A stretch of DNA of 64,000 nt, taken from Candidatus Stahliibacteriota bacterium. GTDB taxonomy: Bacteria > Hydrothermota > UBA3073 > JACQXS01. The stretch spans positions 9,160-73,159 of the forward strand of contig JACQXS010000121.1 in assembly GCA_016208615.1 (NCBI GenBank), read 5' to 3'. Within the stretch, counting starts at the first letter, position 1. The number at the start of each line of letters is the position of its first letter. This document shows positions 50,501 through 60,083 of the stretch, one piece after another. The notes under the pieces are model-generated. The model searched no databases, was not told the DNA's origin, and worked only from the letters and a program-made list of their open reading frames with translations. The translations under genes were made by a program, and so were the position numbers.

Positions 50501-53109
50501 TCCTTATCTTCTGTATCTAATCCATTAGTGGAACCTTTAATAGTTCCATTCGCATCCCTCCGAATAGCATCTTCCGGAATATCTGTGCCTATATCAATAT
50601 GTAATTTAGCATTATCATCTCCTTTAACCCACACCTCTAAATACTCATCTTGCGAAAAGTCTTGTCCCCCTGTGAAAAGGCAAGTCTGCAACGAAGACCA
50701 ATAAACTGAGCCACTATCCGGAAATCTCCAATTATTTTGTGCCGGGAAAGCAAGTTTTAGGACTGACTTTTTATCAGTCTTTTTGTAATCTGGCAAATAA
50801 GGATATAGGTCACCCGCCGGTATACCGTCGCGTGGATTATACCATAATGGATGAGCAAATTTTCCCATCTCTTGCCCACCAGGAATACTGCCAAAACTCC
50901 ATTCAGCTCTTGATATTCCGAGCGAACTAACTGACCTTACTCCTTCCATATCATCCAGATATACTTCGCCCCGTGTATTAGGATTAGGCAACGAGAATCC
51001 TACATTTCCTTGAACTGTAAAACTTGATGGCGTTTCTGTCTCTATAAAAGGCAGTTTATCAATCGCTTTTGTTATCCACTCCGGGCGAGTACTTATATTT
51101 GCAACTGCCTCACCTAATATTATTCTACCCGGTTCACTACCAAAAGTAGGCCTAAAATCCATACTGGAAGTAGAATAATAAAGTAAGGCAGATGATAGTT
51201 CGCCGAGTTCGCCTATTTTAGTCTGCATCCTTGTACCGAGTAAATTTTTAGCTGTCGGCATAAACATAGGCACATATTGGAAATCAACTGTGATTTCGGC
51301 ATTTTGGTCAGCAGCAGATGGGGTTTTGAATTTTATCCACCCTGTTTCATAGTCTATTTCGTAATCTACTCCTTTTTGCATTTTCTGACCATTGATTTTT
51401 ACTTCCTCTGACCCCTCAATGACATTCATTATATCAAGGGCATATTCGGTTGTCACTCCTTTATATTGAACCCAGATATAGTATTTAGGAATGTAATTGT
51501 TAAAATTAGGCAGATGATAGATTTTGTCAGATTCCATACCCAATGAATCTACAGGTGTGCTGCCTAAAGTATCCAAAACAAAAGGATAAGGTGAAGGGAA
51601 AATAATTATCCCGCGTGTAGAATCAAATACAGCCGCTTTTATTCTTCCGGAGGCATCCTCAAGCCCCATAAACTTACGATAAGTGATGTTAGTATTTTCC
51701 AATACCTCATAATCTTCACCGCTGCCAGTGTTTTTCTTAAATACTTTCAAATTTAACCCCGATACCCCTGACCCACCCACTGAGTAGATGTTTTTTAATT
51801 CATACCACCAAGAAATATATGAAGTATCAGCAGCCCCATTCATCCTTTCTCTTTTAAGTATTTGAAGGTCTCGCAAAGTATCAGCTCCCAGAGTATCCAA
51901 CCTGCCTATAGTAATTGTACTATCATTCCAATCTTTATAAATCCATTCAATGGCTAACAAATCACTTTTAGAGAGTGAACTATTTAGCTCAAGAATAGGA
52001 AAACTTTTCACAGCATCAATTCCTAATGTGTTAAGTAAATAAAAGTTATCTGTGCCCGGATGTTTTTCTATAAATCTTCCTGTTGTTGTGTCAATTAACC
52101 CCGGATTAGTAGAATCCCAATTGGGTATATCAAATGCTTTACCAACTACTCCTTCTCCCTGTGTATTTGTCTCGTCTTTATCTAAATATACAGTTAACGA
52201 ACAAACTTGCTTCGGTAATAAATCTGGATTGCCTGAATAAATATTATGTGGGTCTTGTAATGATTGCACATATTTAGGAGGCACAAGCAATAAAAAGCGT
52301 GCTTGTACAAAACTTATGTCATCAATTTTAGCTTCCCGCTCCGTTACGCCGCCTCCTTTCCATACCTTGTGCTGTGTTTCTGCTTCCTCCCTTGAAGCGA
52401 TAGCTGTTATGTTAATAGGTCCTATTTTTGATTCGCTCTTTATTCCAAATAGTCCTTTATGAGAGGTCGCACCCCCTATCAAGACAACACCGGGCAACGA
52501 AAGGTCAGTATTACCTGCTTTTATAGATTGTACTATTTCGTCCTCATTCCCTATATATTCAAGTCTGATAGTATTTTTGAGGTCAAATTCTCGTTCTGAA
52601 TTGTGGTCAATAAAGACATGGATTTTCTCGCCTATAGTGCCTTTAAGATTAACCCCCAACCTTTGTTGCATCTCAAGCGTAGGGAACCAACTTTCTTGCG
52701 AATATTCGCTTTGTTGTTGCAGGAAGTTTTGTGTCCTACTGCCGCCAAATTCTATTCTCTGACTACCGGAGACATCTATTTGACCGCCCTGTCCTATAAT
52801 ACTGGCAACGGGTTTGGGAAAATTAACAGGTATATCTATTACAGGAATTATACCTCCTGTACTACTACTGGCACTACCGGTTGATTTGATTAGTTTAGCA
52901 CCTTGCGAGCTGGCTATAGCTAATTGGGATAGATAATCTTGGAAAGTAGAGAAGTATTTGACTTCAAGACGGACAATTACTCCATCTTTTAACTGATAAT
53001 AACTAATAAACCCTTTATTCCAAGATATTTCTATTTCACGCGTGAGAGAAGGCAAGAGATTGAAATTAAAGTCCGGAATAGAAAGCAAAATAAATAAAAT
53101 GATACTCAT
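47548..53109 (-). CDS. sprA: SprA/Sov-like large outer-membrane translocon
   Basis: 1853 aa; GNEDEIVQSIKAGN, GLFGIK, GVDYEIDYETG, EIWIDELRL; C-terminal Phe. Confidence 0.8.
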   Translation of the reverse strand: MSIILFILLSIPDFNFNLLPSLTREIEISWNKGFISYYQLKDGVIVRLEVKYFSTFQDYLSQLAIASSQGAKLIKSTGSASSSTGGIIPVIDIPVNFPKPVASIIGQGGQIDVSGSQRIEFGGSRTQNFLQQQSEYSQESWFPTLEMQQRLGVNLKGTIGEKIHVFIDHNSEREFDLKNTIRLEYIGNEDEIVQSIKAGNTDLSLPGVVLIGGATSHKGLFGIKSESKIGPINITAIASREEAETQHKVWKGGGVTEREAKIDDISFVQARFLLLVPPKYVQSLQDPHNIYSGNPDLLPKQVCSLTVYLDKDETNTQGEGVVGKAFDIPNWDSTNPGLIDTTTGRFIEKHPGTDNFYLLNTLGIDAVKSFPILELNSSLSKSDLLAIEWIYKDWNDSTITIGRLDTLGADTLRDLQILKRERMNGAADTSYISWWYELKNIYSVGGSGVSGLNLKVFKKNTGSGEDYEVLENTNITYRKFMGLEDASGRIKAAVFDSTRGIIIFPSPYPFVLDTLGSTPVDSLGMESDKIYHLPNFNNYIPKYYIWVQYKGVTTEYALDIMNVIEGSEEVKINGQKMQKGVDYEIDYETGWIKFKTPSAADQNAEITVDFQYVPMFMPTAKNLLGTRMQTKIGELGELSSALLYYSTSSMDFRPTFGSEPGRIILGEAVANISTRPEWITKAIDKLPFIETETPSSFTVQGNVGFSLPNPNTRGEVYLDDMEGVRSVSSLGISRAEWSFGSIPGGQEMGKFAHPLWYNPRDGIPAGDLYPYLPDYKKTDKKSVLKLAFPAQNNWRFPDSGSVYWSSLQTCLFTGGQDFSQDEYLEVWVKGDDNAKLHIDIGTDIPEDAIRRDANGTIKGSTNGLDTEDKDGNNILDIGEDNGIDGIDGTDGTLVTGDDGNDDYYYNASNPNDYSKINGTEGNSQLDGEDLDRNQLLNQTSNYFAFTVDMENDTPTIEHSNGWKFFRIPLIKGDSNKVGLPQWECIKYARIWVDSISKGDSIEIAAMDIVGTKSWRHEGSEQVKIRVKNNEEDLDYFTPPSVVIKTDQLGRKEKEQSLVLTYTELDTVDSLNEGGCYTLYTRARNFIQYQTLKFWVREKGEAKVFIRVGGDNSNYYEYRTDFQDEAWHEIEINLEDLAQLKLKKSTTDTAIFVYGNYRIRGNPSFTNIGRVKLGVINEGTEKISGEIWIDELRLTDPRRESGVAANVSISTKMADFADISLSYRTSDPYFQNLSTFTTMREAYATNSNRSLNLHSGIQVSKLFPSQWGIAIPLDLGITRTTSLPKYQTGSDIILTEEQTKHQTSNSLTRTAGISLAKSGSKNRLLRLTLDNLSTRVSYRDAFSNAFTTIDTAQSYSGSMGYGYAPKLPAIKIRGMEIRYYPQRIDANTSYSYSRARGYRLTEVKDTVNNTVDSVYTLTNPAPPERNIAKGGGFSYIPINPLSLTYSMSMTNDLNLEADTSRYDTTTNKHDTETGRGERVGVSFSPSVFGFLSPKVNYATTCQETHTAELGLLRNVSNTNSLAFDIPVNLNKSLGIITRLRDENKDSTAKKGTPQWILMQTEKLSRKLHIPSLSYSIAKASQFYSLSDPPDYKYRWGIADEPENWIEDGRNGAQISWNYGISRVGFSAGLLTLTGGWSKTIGEAERMNSITQSVSTKYPQMDLSISGLERFITLNKWFNSITTSVDYTTNWNKSGQKAQPFTSISQTQNYGLGVQSQWKRGISLNLSSIFNTGRNETVGAGTGIIESKRADYSLQGGYTFRAPKGIKIPLLSRVKWTSDLNFALTTSYSTDWSKNVKSNTTTKDTRSISILPQLSYNFSTAITGGANMSYTQNWYQTGTGNTRSVGVRFFAEFSF

Positions 53110-53303
53110 ATTAAGAAGCTATAAGCAGTAAGGATTAAGAATTAAGCAACTACTAAAAATTTACTTCCTGCTTATTCCTTATTGAAAATCCCGACCCGGC
53201 AGGGCTACTTATACCTTATATCTATTTTGGATATTGTCAAGCCAAAAGTTTTGTTTTCTGACTTGACACTTTCTCTTTTTGCTATATTAAAACGATTAGT
53301 CTT

Positions 53304-54410
53304 ATGGAACATTATCAAACTATTGTCATTGGTGGCGGTGCAGCAGGTTTAATGTCCGCTATTACATACGCACGGAACAAAAAATCATCCCAAGGGCTTC
53401 TGGTTATTGAAAAAAACATAACCCTTGGGCGTAAAATTACGGTTACTGGAAATGGAAGATGTAATTTAACAAATCTTAATACTGCACCTGATAAATATTA
53501 TGGGCAAAATACTAAATGCTTGTATAACATATTTAATCGCTTCTCTTACAAGGATACGATTATTTTTTTTGAAGGTCTGGGGGTACGATTAAAAACTGAA
53601 GATGGGGATCGCATATTCCCGATTACTAATCAAGCTATTACCGTTTTGGACTTACTCATAGAGGAAATTACTCGGCTTAACATTAGCACAAAAACTGGGG
53701 AGCAGGTTGTCCATCTAACACCAAAGGGAAAGGGTTGGGAAATTACAACAGATAAGGGCATTTATCAGTCAAAATCTGTTATCCTTAGCACTGGTGGTAA
53801 AAGTTATCCCCAGTTGGGTTCAAGCGGCGATGGTTTTGAATTTGCACGGCATTTGGGACACCGAATTATAGAGCCCCGCCCTGCATTAGTGCCAATGGAA
53901 TTAGTAGGCAACTGGTATCACAAGCTACAAGGCGTTAAAACGGATGCAGAAATAACTATTGTTGTTCAGGGTAAGACAATGGCCACAAAAGCAGGAGAAG
54001 TGCTTTTTACTCATTATGGGATTTCAGGGCCTGTAATAATAGACCTTAGTCGTCTAATAATGGATTATTTGCCTAAACAAAGTAGTGCAGTTTTAATTAA
54101 TTTCTTTCCCGGGTATACTACTGAAAGCTTGAAGCAACTTTTGACTATGCGTTGGCAGGCACAGCCACAAAAAACATTTTTAAACTCTTTATTTGGACTA
54201 TTGCCTAAAAAATTATGCATCGTGCTGGCACGAGAATTAGAAATAGAAGAAACTATTTGTGTAGGTCAAATATCTAAAAAGGAATTGCATCGTATTGCTG
54301 ACCGACTTACTCACTGGACAATAGAAGTCAAAAAAACCCGTCCTTTTAGTGAATCAATGGTAACCGCAGGTGGAGTGGCAATGGATGAAGTTAATAGCAG
54401 AACAGAATAA
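53304..54410 (+). pseudogene. HI0933/YhiN-family flavoprotein, C-terminally truncated
   Basis: GGGAAG, GRKITVTGNGRCNLTN, VTAGGV; stops before the usual GLYFAGE/GGYN segment. Confidence 0.75.
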
Positions 54411-54425
54411 CTAAACTATTACAAA

Positions 54426-55013
54426 ATGGAAAATTCTATTTATTGTCCATATTGTTATAAATATACTTATCTGACTAATAGGGGGGGATGGTCGAATGGA
54501 CAAACTCAGTATTGGATGGGTGAATGCAACTCATGTCATAGAGTTGTCTTGGGAGTTGAGGAACCGGAAGAACATACAATGTATCCTCTTCCCTTACCTA
54601 AACCTGTGGACGAGAGAATTCCTGAACCCATAAGAAAAGACTTTGAAGAAGCTCTAAAATGTTTTAGCATTGAAGCTTATAGAGCGGCAGGAGTTATGGC
54701 AAGACGAGCAATGCAAAGTTGCTGTCTGGATAAAGGGGCAAGTGAAGACAAAAAGTTAAACAACCAGATAGAATGGCTTTTCACGGAAAGAATAATTACA
54801 AAAGAGTTAAAAGATTGGGCTAATGAAGTTCGCTTAACAGGTAATGATGCTGCTCATCCCAAAAAGCCAGCAGAAGATAAATCTGTTACAAGAGAAGATA
54901 CTAAAGAGATTTTAGACTTGTTGGAGCAATTTACCAATGTTCTATATGTAGCACCCGCAATAGCCGAAGAAAGAAGGAAATCAAGAACACAGGATAAGTC
55001 TCAAAAAGTATAA
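54426..55013 (+). CDS. DUF4145 domain protein with N-terminal Zn ribbon
   Basis: CPYC..CNSC; AAGVMARRA, VRLTGNDAAH. Confidence 0.8.
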   Translation: MENSIYCPYCYKYTYLTNRGGWSNGQTQYWMGECNSCHRVVLGVEEPEEHTMYPLPLPKPVDERIPEPIRKDFEEALKCFSIEAYRAAGVMARRAMQSCCLDKGASEDKKLNNQIEWLFTERIITKELKDWANEVRLTGNDAAHPKKPAEDKSVTREDTKEILDLLEQFTNVLYVAPAIAEERRKSRTQDKSQKV

Positions 55014-55146
55014 TAAAAGAATGGACTATTAATTATTTTGTTGGCTTGTTATCATCCCCGGATATAAGAGGCAAGTAGCGTTGAGATTTCCTGGCCCCGT
55101 GGGGACACAATACTCATTTTTGCATACTTATCTCGCTACTGCTTTT

Positions 55147-55374
55147 TTACATTAAACCCTTAAACTCCCTAATTGAAATCTCTAAGTCCTTTAGGATGCT
55201 TTTAAGAATTTTAGGGTGTAATATTTTCCCTTTATGTTCTGGAATAGTAATCCTTATTCCTTTTTCATTCTTATAAATTTTATGACTGCCGGATTGTCGT
55301 GAGAGTCCAAACCCTTTCTTTTCAACTACTCTTATGACTTGAGTTGCTGTAACTCTGGGATTTTTTTCTTTCAT
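55147..55374 (-). CDS. hicA: HicA-family toxin
   Basis: GFGLSRQSGSHKIY, ITIPEH, ILKSIL. Confidence 0.9.
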   Translation of the reverse strand: MKEKNPRVTATQVIRVVEKKGFGLSRQSGSHKIYKNEKGIRITIPEHKGKILHPKILKSILKDLEISIREFKGLM

Positions 55375-55595
55375 ACCGCAACTTCTACTGCGGTGACACT
55401 CACAGAATCCACCTTCGGAATAGATATATGTTCCGCCAATCTATCTTCTATATGAAGTTTTATAGCGTCCTCTATATTTTCCAATGCTTCTTCATATGTA
55501 TCGCCTTGAGTATAACAGCCCTGTAGATTCGGACAGTAGGCAAAATATCCGTCTTTATCTTTTTCAATAACTACAGAAAACAAACGCTTTTGCAT
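55371..55595 (-). CDS. hicB: HicB-family antitoxin
   Basis: CPNLQGCYTQGDTYEEALENIEDAI. Confidence 0.9.
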   Translation of the reverse strand: MQKRLFSVVIEKDKDGYFAYCPNLQGCYTQGDTYEEALENIEDAIKLHIEDRLAEHISIPKVDSVSVTAVEVAV

Positions 55596-55921
55596 CTTAC
55601 CTCCCACTTTATATATATAACTTTATATGTATTTCTTAAAAAGTCAACTAAATTTTTTGTCCCCCATCTATACAAAGCTAATAGCACCGGGATTTGCCGC
55701 TTTTAGACGGCATCCCCCGCATACTGCGGGGTGATATTCTCGGCAACAATAATCTAAACAATATCAAAATTCCGATTAAAGTTTTACTTGACATTTTATA
55801 TAACAAGCATATAAAAAGACAAAGTGGAAATATCAGCATCAGAAAAGGGGACAGGACTTCAAAAATCAGTTCCCACACAAAGCACAGAAGACAGAGGACA
55901 GAAGACAGAAAAGGGGAAGAT

Positions 55922-57544
55922 GTGAAGTTTGAAACAGTGTCGGTTGAAAATCCCGCATCAAGCGGGGGTGAGCCGGTCAAATCTTTATATACACCTACGG
56001 ATTTGGAGAATTTTGATTATGAGCAGGAGCTTGGACTTCCCGGTCAATATCCATTTACTCGTGGTGTGTACCCTAATATGTATCGTGACCGCATATGGAC
56101 GATGCGACAGTTTGCGGGCTTCGGCACCCCTGAGGATACGAATAAGCGCTTTAAATATCTATTAAGTCATGGTCAGACCGGGCTTTCGGTTGCTTTTCAC
56201 TTTCCTACTTTATATGGTAAGGATTCAGACCATCCAATGTCTCAGGGTGAAGTAGGTAAGTGTGGTGTGGCAATTGACACATTACGGGATATGGAGATTC
56301 TATTTTCTGGTATTCCTTTGGACAAGATTTCAACCTCTATGACTATCAATCCGCCGGCGGCTATGTTGCTGGCTATGTATATTGTAGTGGGTGAAAAGCA
56401 GTGCGTCCCGGCTAATCTGCTTACCGGGACTATCCAAAATGATATGCTTAAAGAATATCAGGCACAAAAGACATGGATTTATCCGCCTATTCCTTCTTTG
56501 CGTATAATAGTAGATACAGTAGAGTATTGCAGTAAATATGTACCTAAATGGAATACAATATCAATTTCCGGTTATCACATAAGGGAGGCAGGAAGCACAG
56601 CATTGCAGGAGCTGGCATTTACCTTAAAAAATGGGCTTACATATATTGAGAAGTGCATAGAAAGGGGTCTCAATGTAGATACATTTGCCCCCAGGTTTAG
56701 CTTTTTTTTCAATTCGCATTTGGACTTTTTTGAAGAGATAGCCAAATATCGTGCCGCCCGCCGAATATGGGCAAGGGAGATGAAAGAGCATTACCATGCC
56801 CAAACCCCATCTTCTTGGCTGATGAGATTCCATACTCAGACCGCTGGCTGTACTCTCACGGCACAGCAGCCGGAAAATAATATTGTCAGAGTCGCTTTCC
56901 AGGCCCTATCAGCTGTATTGGGAGGGACGCAAAGTTTGCACACTAATTCAATGGACGAGACGCTTGCCCTACCTACTGAGAAGGCGGCAAAAATAGCACT
57001 AAGGACACAACAGATTATTGGATATGAGAGCGGCGTAGCCAATACTATAGACCCACTCGGTGGTAGTTATTATGTGGAGTCATTGACTAATAAAATGGAA
57101 CAAGGTGTGTATGAGTATTTTAATAAAATAGATGCCCTTGGCGGCGTAGTTAGAGGGATAGAGATTGGCTTTTTTCAAAAAGAGATAGCAGAATCTGCAT
57201 ATAAGTATCAGAGGGAATTGCAGCAGCAGGAGAAAATAATGGTCGGCGTCAATAAGTTTGTAGAAGAGGTTAAACCTCAAGATGAGCCACCGCAAATAGA
57301 GACTTTGAAAATCTCACCCGAAGTGGAAAAACACCAAATAGCAAGATTAAAACAAGTGAAAGCAGAACGAAATAATACAAAAGTAAAAGCAGGGCTAATG
57401 CGATTAAGGGAAGCGGCTCGTAGTGGAGAGAATTTGATGCCTAAAATACTTGACTGTGTGCGTGAATATGCTACTATTGGCGAGATGTGCGATACTTTGA
57501 AAGAAGAGTTCGGTGAATATAGAGAACCGCCTATATTTTGGTAG
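55922..57544 (+). CDS. B12-dependent acyl-CoA mutase large subunit, isobutyryl-CoA mutase-type residues
   Basis: [45 protein letters not shown] start inferred. Confidence 0.92.
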   Translation: MKFETVSVENPASSGGEPVKSLYTPTDLENFDYEQELGLPGQYPFTRGVYPNMYRDRIWTMRQFAGFGTPEDTNKRFKYLLSHGQTGLSVAFHFPTLYGKDSDHPMSQGEVGKCGVAIDTLRDMEILFSGIPLDKISTSMTINPPAAMLLAMYIVVGEKQCVPANLLTGTIQNDMLKEYQAQKTWIYPPIPSLRIIVDTVEYCSKYVPKWNTISISGYHIREAGSTALQELAFTLKNGLTYIEKCIERGLNVDTFAPRFSFFFNSHLDFFEEIAKYRAARRIWAREMKEHYHAQTPSSWLMRFHTQTAGCTLTAQQPENNIVRVAFQALSAVLGGTQSLHTNSMDETLALPTEKAAKIALRTQQIIGYESGVANTIDPLGGSYYVESLTNKMEQGVYEYFNKIDALGGVVRGIEIGFFQKEIAESAYKYQRELQQQEKIMVGVNKFVEEVKPQDEPPQIETLKISPEVEKHQIARLKQVKAERNNTKVKAGLMRLREAARSGENLMPKILDCVREYATIGEMCDTLKEEFGEYREPPIFW

Positions 57545-57552
57545 CTAAAAGT

Positions 57553-58053
57553 ATGTTTTATTTTGAAATAATGGAAGGGTTATATAAAAATGGAATCAGA
57601 TACTTGATAGTAGGTGGATTATCTGTCAATCTTTACGGGGTTCCGCGTGTGACACAAGATATTGACCTTATCATCTCTATAGATAAAGAAAATATTCTTA
57701 AAATAATCTCTCTCTTGAAGAATCTGGGTTATGTTCCGCGATTGCCTGTAGACTCTAATGACCTTGTTGATTCTGCTAAAGTAAGAGATTGGATTGAAAC
57801 TAAAAATCTCAAAGCATTCAGTTTTTATCATCCAAAAGCTACTTATAAAGTTGTTGATATTATACTTGTTCATCCACTGGAGTTTGAAGAAGTATTTCTG
57901 AATAAAACGGTAAAAAGGGTAAAAGATATAGAAATTTATCTCGCTTCAATAGATGATATTATAGAGATGAAAAAGTTTAGTGCCAGGCCTCAGGATTTCA
58001 GTGATATAGAGATGCTGAAAAAGGCAAAAAAATATAGAGAGAGCGAGAAATGA
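57553..58053 (+). CDS. Nucleotidyltransferase-family protein
   Basis: YLIVGGLSVNLYG.PR.T.DID, KKFSARPQD..DI. Confidence 0.8.
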   Translation: MFYFEIMEGLYKNGIRYLIVGGLSVNLYGVPRVTQDIDLIISIDKENILKIISLLKNLGYVPRLPVDSNDLVDSAKVRDWIETKNLKAFSFYHPKATYKVVDIILVHPLEFEEVFLNKTVKRVKDIEIYLASIDDIIEMKKFSARPQDFSDIEMLKKAKKYRESEK

Positions 58054-58220
58054 AAAAGGGATTTTCCTATACACTTGAAGAGGAAAAGATAATTGATTAT
58101 ATGAAATTATCTACCGAAGACAAGTTAAACTGGTTGGAAGAAATCAATGAATTCACAGAGTTAGTCCTGAATAATAAAGAAAAAGAGATGAGAGCAAAGA
58201 TAAGAGAGTGTAAAATATAG
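58050..58220 (+). CDS. Small 56-aa partner protein (absent from ORF track)
   Basis: ATGA overlap; MKKGFSYTLEEEKIIDYMKLSTEDKLNWLEEINEF. Confidence 0.65.
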   Translation: MKKGFSYTLEEEKIIDYMKLSTEDKLNWLEEINEFTELVLNNKEKEMRAKIRECKI

Positions 58221-58264
58221 CAAGGAGGATATAGAGAACCACCTATATTTTGGTAGGAGGTAAA

Positions 58265-58483
58265 ATGGGAAATAAGATAAATAGTATCAATGGAGTGTTG
58301 GGGAGGATTAAGAAATTGGATATGGAGGAACAGGCATATATATTAGAGGTTCTTTTCAAAAGGTTAGTTGAACAAAGGAGTGCAAAGATAGCAAAGAGAG
58401 CTATAGAAGCAGAAGATAACTATGAGATAGGAGAAGCAAAAATAGGGACTCTTAAAGATTTATGGGAAGACTTAAATGCTTGA
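58265..58483 (+). CDS. Putative antitoxin of the RelE-type pair
   Basis: Small helical protein, AGGAGGT RBS, overlaps toxin start. Confidence 0.65.
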   Translation: MGNKINSINGVLGRIKKLDMEEQAYILEVLFKRLVEQRSAKIAKRAIEAEDNYEIGEAKIGTLKDLWEDLNA

Positions 58484-58747
58484 ACTTATCTGGGACGAGA
58501 AGTTTAAGAGGACATACAGGAAGTGGAGCAAGAACATCCGGAGTTAGTAGAAGTTTTTAAGGAGAAGATGGAGTTATTTGTAAAAGGGCCATTTCATCCG
58601 TTTTTAAGAACACATTCTTTGAGTGGAGTTTTGCAAGAACTATGGTCGTTAAGAATAAATTATGAGTGTAGGTTAATTTTCAAGTTTGCAGAGAAAAGGA
58701 AGAGGGTTTTACTAATAGATATAGGAACACATAATGAGGTATATTAA
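58476..58747 (+). pseudogene. RelE/YafQ-family toxin, frameshifted near 58530
   Basis: MLELIWDEKFKRTYRKW frame stops at 58547; HPFLRTHSLSG..DIGTHNEVY continues in another frame. Confidence 0.8.
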
Positions 58748-58764
58748 ATAGCAAAGGGAGAGGT

Positions 58765-59244
58765 ATGAAGAAACAGGTAAGTTGGCGTGAGAAATTGGAA
58801 AGAAAGAGTCCAAATTATGGCAAGATAGTAGATGCTTCTCATAATAAGGGTAAAAGATTAGGGCCTGGCAAATTGCTTATTCCTAATCCTTTGGATATAG
58901 ATACCTTAATACGCAAGATTCCGAAGGGCAAGCTTATTACGGTAAGTCAAATTCGTGAACACTTGGCAAAAGATACCGGCGCAAATACAAGTTGTCCATT
59001 GGTGACAGGTATATTTATCCGGATAGTGGGTGAGACAGCAGAAGAAGATTTAAGTATTGGCAAAAAAGATATAACTCCATATTGGAGGGTAATTAAGGAA
59101 GATGGGAGTTTGAATCCTAAATTTCCAGGTGGCGTAGAACATCAGGCATCTCTTTTGAAAAAAGAAGGATATAAGATAGAGCTTGGTAAGGGCAAGAAGC
59201 CCCCACGAGTGAAAGATTTTGGTAACTTGTTGTATAAATTATAA
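58765..59244 (+). CDS. MGMT/Atl-like DNA-binding protein
   Basis: KIPKGKLIT, TPYWRVI..DGSL, LLKKEG. Confidence 0.8.
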   Translation: MKKQVSWREKLERKSPNYGKIVDASHNKGKRLGPGKLLIPNPLDIDTLIRKIPKGKLITVSQIREHLAKDTGANTSCPLVTGIFIRIVGETAEEDLSIGKKDITPYWRVIKEDGSLNPKFPGGVEHQASLLKKEGYKIELGKGKKPPRVKDFGNLLYKL

Positions 59245-59297
59245 ATTAGGACAGATTTTTGAGAAAAAAGGATATCTTTGTTAGAAAAGAATAAAAG

Positions 59298-60083
59298 ATG
59301 GAACTGAATAAAATATACAATGAGAATTCTTTAGCTACAATGAGACAGATGCCTGACAATTTTATTGATATGGTATTAACTTCTCCGCCTTATGACAATT
59401 TGAGAGATTACAAAGGTTACTTTTTCCAATTTGAAAGCATTGCCAAAGAATTGTTTAGAATACTAAAAATGGGTGGCGTTATTATTTGGGTTGTTGGAGA
59501 TGCAAGTGAAAATGGAAGTGAAACGGGAACATCATTCAGACAAGCATTATTTTTCAAAAAAATTGGCTTCAATCTGAATGATACTATGATTTATTATAAA
59601 AATAATCCTATGCCAACCTCCGGCCCCCGATACCATCAACATTTTGAATTTATGTTTTGTTTTAGCAAAGGACAGCCTAAAACATTCAATCCAATTATAG
59701 AGAAATGTAAATATAATGGACTTGCTAACATGAAAAATAGAGGAATAAAAGGAGAATTAAATTACAAAAAAGTTGAGCGTACTACTGAAAAGAAAATAGG
59801 TAATGTTTTCTTTTATTCTGTAGGTGGTGGTATTTCTACGAAAGATAAAGTTGCTTATAATCATCCGGCAATTTTTCCTGAGCAATTAGCATTAGACCAA
59901 ATAAAAACATGGAGCAATGAAAACGATTTAATTTATGACCCCTTTCTTGGCAGCGGCACAACCGCAAAGGTTGCTCATTTATTAAACAGAAAATGGATTG
60001 GTTCAGAAATTTCAAAAGAATATGTTGAAATAACTGAAAAACGACTTGAACCAATATTAAATAACTTATTTGTGAAAATATGA
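59298..60083 (+). CDS. Beta-class amino DNA methyltransferase (probably N4-cytosine)
   Basis: TSPPY motif precedes DPFLGSGTT. Confidence 0.9.
   Translation: MELNKIYNENSLATMRQMPDNFIDMVLTSPPYDNLRDYKGYFFQFESIAKELFRILKMGGVIIWVVGDASENGSETGTSFRQALFFKKIGFNLNDTMIYYKNNPMPTSGPRYHQHFEFMFCFSKGQPKTFNPIIEKCKYNGLANMKNRGIKGELNYKKVERTTEKKIGNVFFYSVGGGISTKDKVAYNHPAIFPEQLALDQIKTWSNENDLIYDPFLGSGTTAKVAHLLNRKWIGSEISKEYVEITEKRLEPILNNLFVKI

Noticed and set aside
55694..55921. Long N-terminal extension of the mutase in the ORF track
   Set aside because: Covers a promoter-like TTGACA and repeat tract; family similarity starts near GTG 55922.
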